Source of the DNA: Felis catus
Taxonomy: Eukaryota
Direction: 5' to 3'
Assembly: GCF_018350175.1 (NCBI RefSeq)
Contig: NC_058385.1
Coordinates: forward strand, 83,142,001 to 83,206,000
Length of the DNA stretch: 64,000 nt
The notes beneath the pieces were generated by a model. That model saw only the letters and a list, made by a program, of their open reading frames with translations, ran no database searches and was not told the DNA's origin. A program made the translations under genes and the position numbers. Shown piece after piece: positions 15,983 through 64,000 of this stretch. Position 1 is the stretch's first letter, and each line of letters opens with the position of its first letter.

Positions 15983-16774
15983 CTTCCTCCCGCGCCGGAA
16001 GCGGCGCGCGGGTCACGCGGGACTGGCGCTGCGTGAACAGGCTTCCTCCCCGCGACTCCGCGGCCTCACACTTTGGTTCCGGCAGCTGTCGCGGAGCTCG
16101 CTTTCCCGGATCGCGCGGGATTCCAGGGCCGTGGGCAGCCCCGACGCTGTTCATTCTCTGGCCTGCGGGAGCGGCCCGTCCTGCCATCCCGCCGGGGTGG
16201 GGGGTGGGGGGAAGGGACCGCCTGCCGGCGGGGTGCGCACGCGAGACGGACTGGGAACGGGGCCCTGGCGGGAGTGCAGGTTCTGTCCCTGTCCCTCTGT
16301 CCTCGGGGGCCGACCGCCGGCACTTGCCTCTCGGCCTACCGCTCAGAAAGTCAGCTTGGTGGGGCGGAGTCTGCGTGTTCAAGCAGCTTCGGAATCAACA
16401 CTGCCTAGCCGTCTATGGCAGATGGAGGGTAGGGAGGGTCGCAAAAAGCCCACTCCCCGCGCAGACAGGCCTTTATAAAGAGGTCAAGAGACATACCCCG
16501 GGGGCCTCAGAAGGCGCAGGGCGGCCCAACACCCACCTGGTGCCTCCTCCCTGGCCCTCATTCCCAGGAACCAGCCTTGCTTGCAGCCCACCGCTCCCCC
16601 CCCCCCCCCCCCGCATTCTCCTCTGGTCTGTCCACCCAGGTGACTGTGCCAGCCCACAGGCTGGCTTATGTGGTGGGCTGCCCAACCCCCAAACCAGCCC
16701 CCTGCAGCCCTGCTGCGACTGGAAGAACAGGAGTCGACAGAAAGTGACCATGGCTCTCAAGTGTCCGTATGTAT

Positions 16775-16780
16775 TTTATT
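16775..16780 (-). terminator. AATAAA polyadenylation signal of ARHGAP39
   Basis: TTTATT on +, ~1.3 kb past the ARHGAP39 stop and just before the C8orf82 CpG island. Confidence 0.7.
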
Positions 16781-18098
16781 CACACAAAGTGTTGTCACCT
16801 CTTGAGTCCATGCGTCAGAGCCAGAGTCTGTGGCCGGGCCACCCACCCCAGGCCCGGAGACCACCCGACTGAGGACGCTACCTCAGGGAACACCCGGGCC
16901 ACGGCAGGGCTGGGCTTTTTTGTTTTTAATNNNNNNNNNNNNNNNNNNNNNNNNNNNNNNNNNNNNNNNNNNNNNNNNNNNNNNNNNNNNNNNNNNNNNN
17001 NNNNNNNNNNNNNNNNNNNNNNNNNNNNNNNNNNNNNNNNNNNNNNNNNNNNNNNNNNNCTTCCTAACCCCAGCTCTGGCCTTGAGGAAGGGCACTCCTG
17101 GGTGCTCCCTGGTTCCCCAGCTTGGGGTTCCTTCCCTCTCTTCTACTGCAGGTCCCAGATGGGGATGGGGCAGGGTTTGGTTTTTGGTCAGGAGCCAAGA
17201 AAGTGGCGAAGAAAATGAAGGAGTGAGATCAACTTGCTCTGCAGAGGACAGGCTAGGACGGCTCAGAGATAAATAGCATTTGGGTTAAAACTATGTCATT
17301 AGCAAATTTAGTTCTTATATCTTTCCCTCTATATCTCTATACACAGGCGGGTTGGTGTGCTGGATAGATTCTGAATTTATAGTTACACGAAGAAAAAAAT
17401 ACTCTTGCCCCCCACCCCCACCCTGCCCCAAGAATGCCTGCTCAACCCTGCCCCCGACCCCAGAGGACTTTGGTTTGGGGGCCCCTCCCTACCCAGAGAG
17501 AGTCTGCCAGGCCCTGCTCTGGTGATGGGACAGCCCAGTGCCCTGGGGCCCCCAAATTCCCGCGGTCTCCACGTTGGAGGCCACAGGTGGCAGGGGGCAG
17601 GAGGAGGCTGCAGGCCAGGAAGGAAACAGAGGGGAACCGGGGAGGGGCAGAGGAAAGAGGGGCAGCCGGGCAGGGTCCAGGCCAGGGCCAGGCTGAGCGC
17701 AGGAGCCCCAGCTCCAGGGGAGGGTGGCATGTGCTCTCGGGCCGGCCGGGAGGGGCAGTGTCACTTGGCTCCAGGAAACAGAAGGCACTTTCTCGGGGCT
17801 GACCGGCCGGTGGTGGGTGGGGCGGTGCCCACAGAACTGGCCACGAGGCAGCGGGGTGGGAGGGCGGTGTGCGGACAGAGACGCCCTTCCCACAACCCCT
17901 CTGCCCTGGCTGCGACCTCAGGCCCGGGGCCTGGGTGGGAGAGCTGGGGGCTTCCAGGGCTGGGGCGGGCATGGGCGGGGCCTGGCATGCTGCCTCCGCG
18001 GCTGGGGCGTTCCCTCCCCCCTCCCGGCGTGCTCCCCTGCCCGGGTGCACACCCGAGCGTCGCCTCTGTCCCCATCCTCGGTCCTTGGGACCCACGTG

Positions 18099-60321
<42,223 letters not shown>

Positions 60322-60934
60322 TCAGGGCTCAAGGGGCTCCTGCAGCCTGGCCCAGGACAGGGAGGTTGGAGTGGAGAAGAGGGCTGCCTCCAACCCCAGG
60401 CCCACTGCACCTCAAGTGGTGCCCCCTGTGTCCCCAGCTACTGCACAGTCCAGCTGCTGCGTGGTCCACCCAATGGCAGGGGGCGGGGGTGGTCTGTAGA
60501 CCCTCGCACCCAGTATCAGACCCCTTCTCACACCACTGGCTCCCAAATACAAGAAATCCTATCACTTATACAAGAAACCCAAGCCAAACTGACGTCCCAC
60601 TCCAGATTTTCCACATGCTCACTACTGTCCAGCCCCCAGGAGCCCTCTGGGGAGTCTTGTGCCAAGCTGGCCTCGGAGGAACCTGGACACAGCCTGGCTG
60701 CTCTCAGTCCGTCCATCCGCCTGCAGCAGGAGTGGACACCCTTGTCTCTATAGTGGGCCCAGCTGGGATGTGCCTTGGTGTTCTGGAGCCATTTCCTCCA
60801 GGGGCCCCTAGGGTGCCCCCACCCACCCCAAGGATACAGCTTTCATCCTGCTTAGTTTTTTAATGCAAAAGAGGACTTGGAAAACAAGGTATGCAAACTG
60901 AAGCTATTCAGAACAAGAACATTTTATTGTTATT

Positions 60935-60942
60935 TTTTATTT

Positions 60943-60991
<49 letters not shown>

Positions 60992-61170
60992 AGAAGAGAG
61001 AGAGAGAGAACTCAAGCAGGGGAGAGGAGCAGAGGGAGAGAGAGAATCCCAAGCAGACTTCACGTTCAGCAGAGAATCTGACACAGGGCTCAATCCCATG
61101 ACCCCGAGATCATGACCTGAGTTGAAATCAAGAGTTGGACACTCAACCGACTGAGCCACCCTGGTGCCCC
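60935..61170 (-). mobile_element. Can-SINE with expanded (GA)n microsatellite
   Basis: Long (GA)n at 60945-61010 plus SINE body. Confidence 0.88.
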
Positions 61171-62704
61171 ATGAATAAGGCAATTTTAATGCCTGTATGT
61201 GTGATATCAGGCTGTGTCTGGCTGACATCTGGCACATTTTTATTCTGCTTCCAGTTTTCACACCAATTAATAACCCTTTAAATGCCACAGACCTCTCTGC
61301 CGTGTGGAGGTTCTGTGTCTGCGAGTCTTTCCACTGCTCCAGAACCCTGTGATGGGCACAACCCTCATTACTGCTGGGGTAGTTGGAGGCCTCCAGCTGG
61401 GAGCACGGGGGGGCTCGCTCTCTCAGGACTGGACTCCCCGTACTGGGAGGAGCGTGAGCCACATAACTTACTGTGTACTCCCAGCAGCACTGAGGCTCTG
61501 TGGCCTCTTTCAGGGTCAGCAGATGCTTCCGGAAGCCAGTGGGGAGGGCCAGGTGGGTCCTGGGTCCCCATCTCAGCCAGCACCTGGGTGTGGGGTGCCC
61601 GGCACAGCACAGTGTGGAGCCAGTCTGCGAGGAAGGGATGGGGCGCCGCTGTGGGGCACACGAGGATGTCACTGCCTCAGAGGCAGGAGGCGGAGAGCTG
61701 GAGGGGGGCAGGGAGGAGGGCGGGCAGAGAGAGAAGGGAGCACGGCGGGGCCAGATGCGGGACCAGCTCGTGGGTCTCCACAGAAGGGCCAGATGGTGCG
61801 GGCGAGGTGTAAGCAGCAGGGCTCATGAGAGAAAGGGGGGCGGGGAGCAAGCGGACAGCCCTCCTGACCTGACTTCACCTCACCTGAACAGCAGAGGGAA
61901 GCCAGGAGCAGACAGGGAAGGTGGTGAGGCCATGGTGTGCGCCGTTCTGTCTCGAGAGAAGGATAAAGAGCAGCCATCTGGACGATGGAGGAGGACCCAT
62001 CCGTCCTGGGGGTGCCAGGAGGTGCCAGGGGGATCGAGCCCAGACTGCTGCTCCAGGGAAAGGGGACGCCAGTAGATGGCTGGGTGAGTCTGAACCCACA
62101 GCATGGGGCCACCCCCTTCTCACGGGGCCCACAGGCTGCACCTCACCTCCAAGGGAGGCCAGTGGGGCCTCTACGACTGATCACCCCGTTTCACTTCCAA
62201 ATTTTTAACTTTTTGTTTTGAAACCATCTTGGCCACGGAGGGTGCTATAACAGAGTGGGCAGCACACAAACAACAGACATTTACTTTTGCAGTCTGGATG
62301 TCTTGCAAGGTGTCTGCAGGGCCGGGTTCTGGTGATCTTCCTACTGCACACGGCACCCTTCCCTCCACGACGGACCCGCGTCTGAGTGTGCGGCTGGCTC
62401 TGTGGGTGAGTGTGAATCTGACCAGCACCCTGGTGTCCTCACCACGACAGCTGTGGACAGTCTGCACTTCTGAGGTCCCCGCTTCCTCTTCAGGTGTGTC
62501 TTGCCTATTCCTGGCCCTTGCTCTTGCCCACAAACCCTCGAATCAGCCTGTCGGCACCTCTGCTGGGTCCACCGCAGGAGGGTTAGACGTGCCTTCCACC
62601 CAAACCGTGTGCCCACTCATCCAGGTCTCCCTTAAAGGATGTGCACATCTTTCATCAGATTTATTCCTAGGCTTCATACATACACACTATTGTAAATTGC
62701 ATGT

Positions 62705-64000
62705 TCTTTTTCTTGTCTTTTATTTTTTATTTTTAAAAATTTACATCCAAATTAGTTAGCATATAGTGCAGCATGATGTCAGGAATAGATTCCTTAATGC
62801 CCCTTACCATTTAGCCCATCCCCCCTCCCACAACCCCTCCAGTAACCCTCAGTTTCTTCTCCATATTTATGAGTCTCTTATGCTTTGTCCCCTTCCCTGT
62901 TTTTATATTATTTTTGTTTTCCTTCCCTTATGTTCCTCTGTTTTGTCTCTTAAAGTCCTCATATGAGTGAAGTCATATGGTTTTTGTCTTTCTCTAATTT
63001 CACTTAGCATAATAACCTCCCGTTCCATCCACGTAGTTGCCAAAGGCAAGATTTCATTCTTTTTGCTTGCCGAGTAATACTCCATCGTATATATGAACCC
63101 CATCTTCTTTATCCATTCATCCATCGATGGACATTTGGGTTCTTTCCATACTTTGCCTCTTGTCGATAGTGCTGCTATAAACATGGGGTGCATGTGTCCC
63201 TTCGAAACAGCACACCTGTATCCCTTGGATAAATGCCTAGTAGTGCAATTGCTGGGTCATAGGGTAGTTCTATTTTTAGTTTTTTGAGGAACCTCCAGAC
63301 TGTTTTCCAGAGCGGCTGCACCAGCTTGCATTCCCACCAACAATGCAAAAGAGATCCTCTTTCTCTGCATCCTCACCAACATCTGTTGTTGCCNNNNNNN
63401 NNNNNNNNNNNNNNNNNNNNNNNNNNNNNNNNNNNNNNNNNNNNNNNNNNNNNNNNNNNNNNNNNNNNNNNNNNNNNNNNNNNNNNNNNNNNNNNNNNNN
63501 NNNNNNNNNNNNNNNNNNNNNCTTTGGAGATGTGTCTATTCATGTCTTTTGCCCATTTCTTCACTGGATTATTTGCTTTTTGNNNNNNNNNNNNNNNNNN
63601 NNNNNNNNNNNNNNNNNNNNNNNNNNNNNNNNNNNNNNNNNNNNNNNNNNNNNNNNNNNNNNNNNNNNNNNNNNNNNNNNNNNNNNNNNNNNNNNNNNNN
63701 NNNNNNNNNNNNNNNNNNNNNNNNNNNNNNNNNNNNCAGTAGTTCATTTATGCTTCTGTTTCCCTTGCCTCCAGAGACGTGTTGAGTAAGAAGTTGCTGT
63801 GAGCAAGATCAAAGAGGTTTTTGCCTGTTTTCTCTTCGAGGATTTTGGNNNNNNNNNNNNNNNNNNNNNNNNNNNNNNNNNNNNNNNNNNNNNNNNNNNN
63901 NNNNNNNNNNNNNNNNNNNNNNNNNNNNNNNNNNNNNNNNNNNNNNNNNNNNNNNNNNNNNNNNNNNNNNNNNNNNNNNNNNNTTCCATCGGATATTCTT
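62705..64000 (-). mobile_element. Relatively young carnivore/felid LINE-1, 3' end (ORF2 C-terminus and 3'UTR)
   Basis: PMFIAALST..KVWKEPKCPSMDEWIKKM..IYTMEYYSA.KKNEILP.ATTWME; interrupted by N gaps. Confidence 0.93.

Noticed and set aside
15472-16872. 466-aa + strand ORF
   Set aside because: Spans the C8orf82 CpG island; stop-codon depletion from high GC explains it; Pro/Gly/Arg-rich with no domain.

Overview
Eukaryotic (mammalian) genomic DNA, almost certainly a felid carnivore, judged from the dense Can-SINE/SINEC_Fc-type elements and carnivore-type L1. The window is the GC-rich block orthologous to human 8q24.3: RECQL4 (minus strand, 5' ~15 exons; the 3' end lies left of the window), a bidirectional CpG promoter, LRRC14 (+, complete, 493 aa), LRRC24 (-, complete, 514 aa), the C8orf82 orthologue (-, complete, 218 aa) and ARHGAP39 (-, all coding exons except the first). 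I placed the exon boundaries by hand from GT/AG sites and frame continuity. There are no prokaryotic systems, CRISPR arrays or RNA genes, and I cannot support a wholly new biological system. The best leads are: (1) a minisatellite built from tandem copies of an ARHGAP39 3' splice junction, which creates an array of decoy acceptors and 12-nt microexon-like units; (2) the same CCAAT-N9-CTACGTCATC (ERSE-like) element in two CpG islands 4.5 kb apart; (3) three RECQL4 gene-structure anomalies (an extra 92-nt intron, a frame-broken candidate exon, a GG donor); (4) nested or overlapping transcription of LRRC14, LRRC24 and C8orf82. Comparisons with human and mouse proteins are from memory and need alignment. 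The N-masked gaps suggest a consensus assembly, so single-base anomalies may be artefacts.
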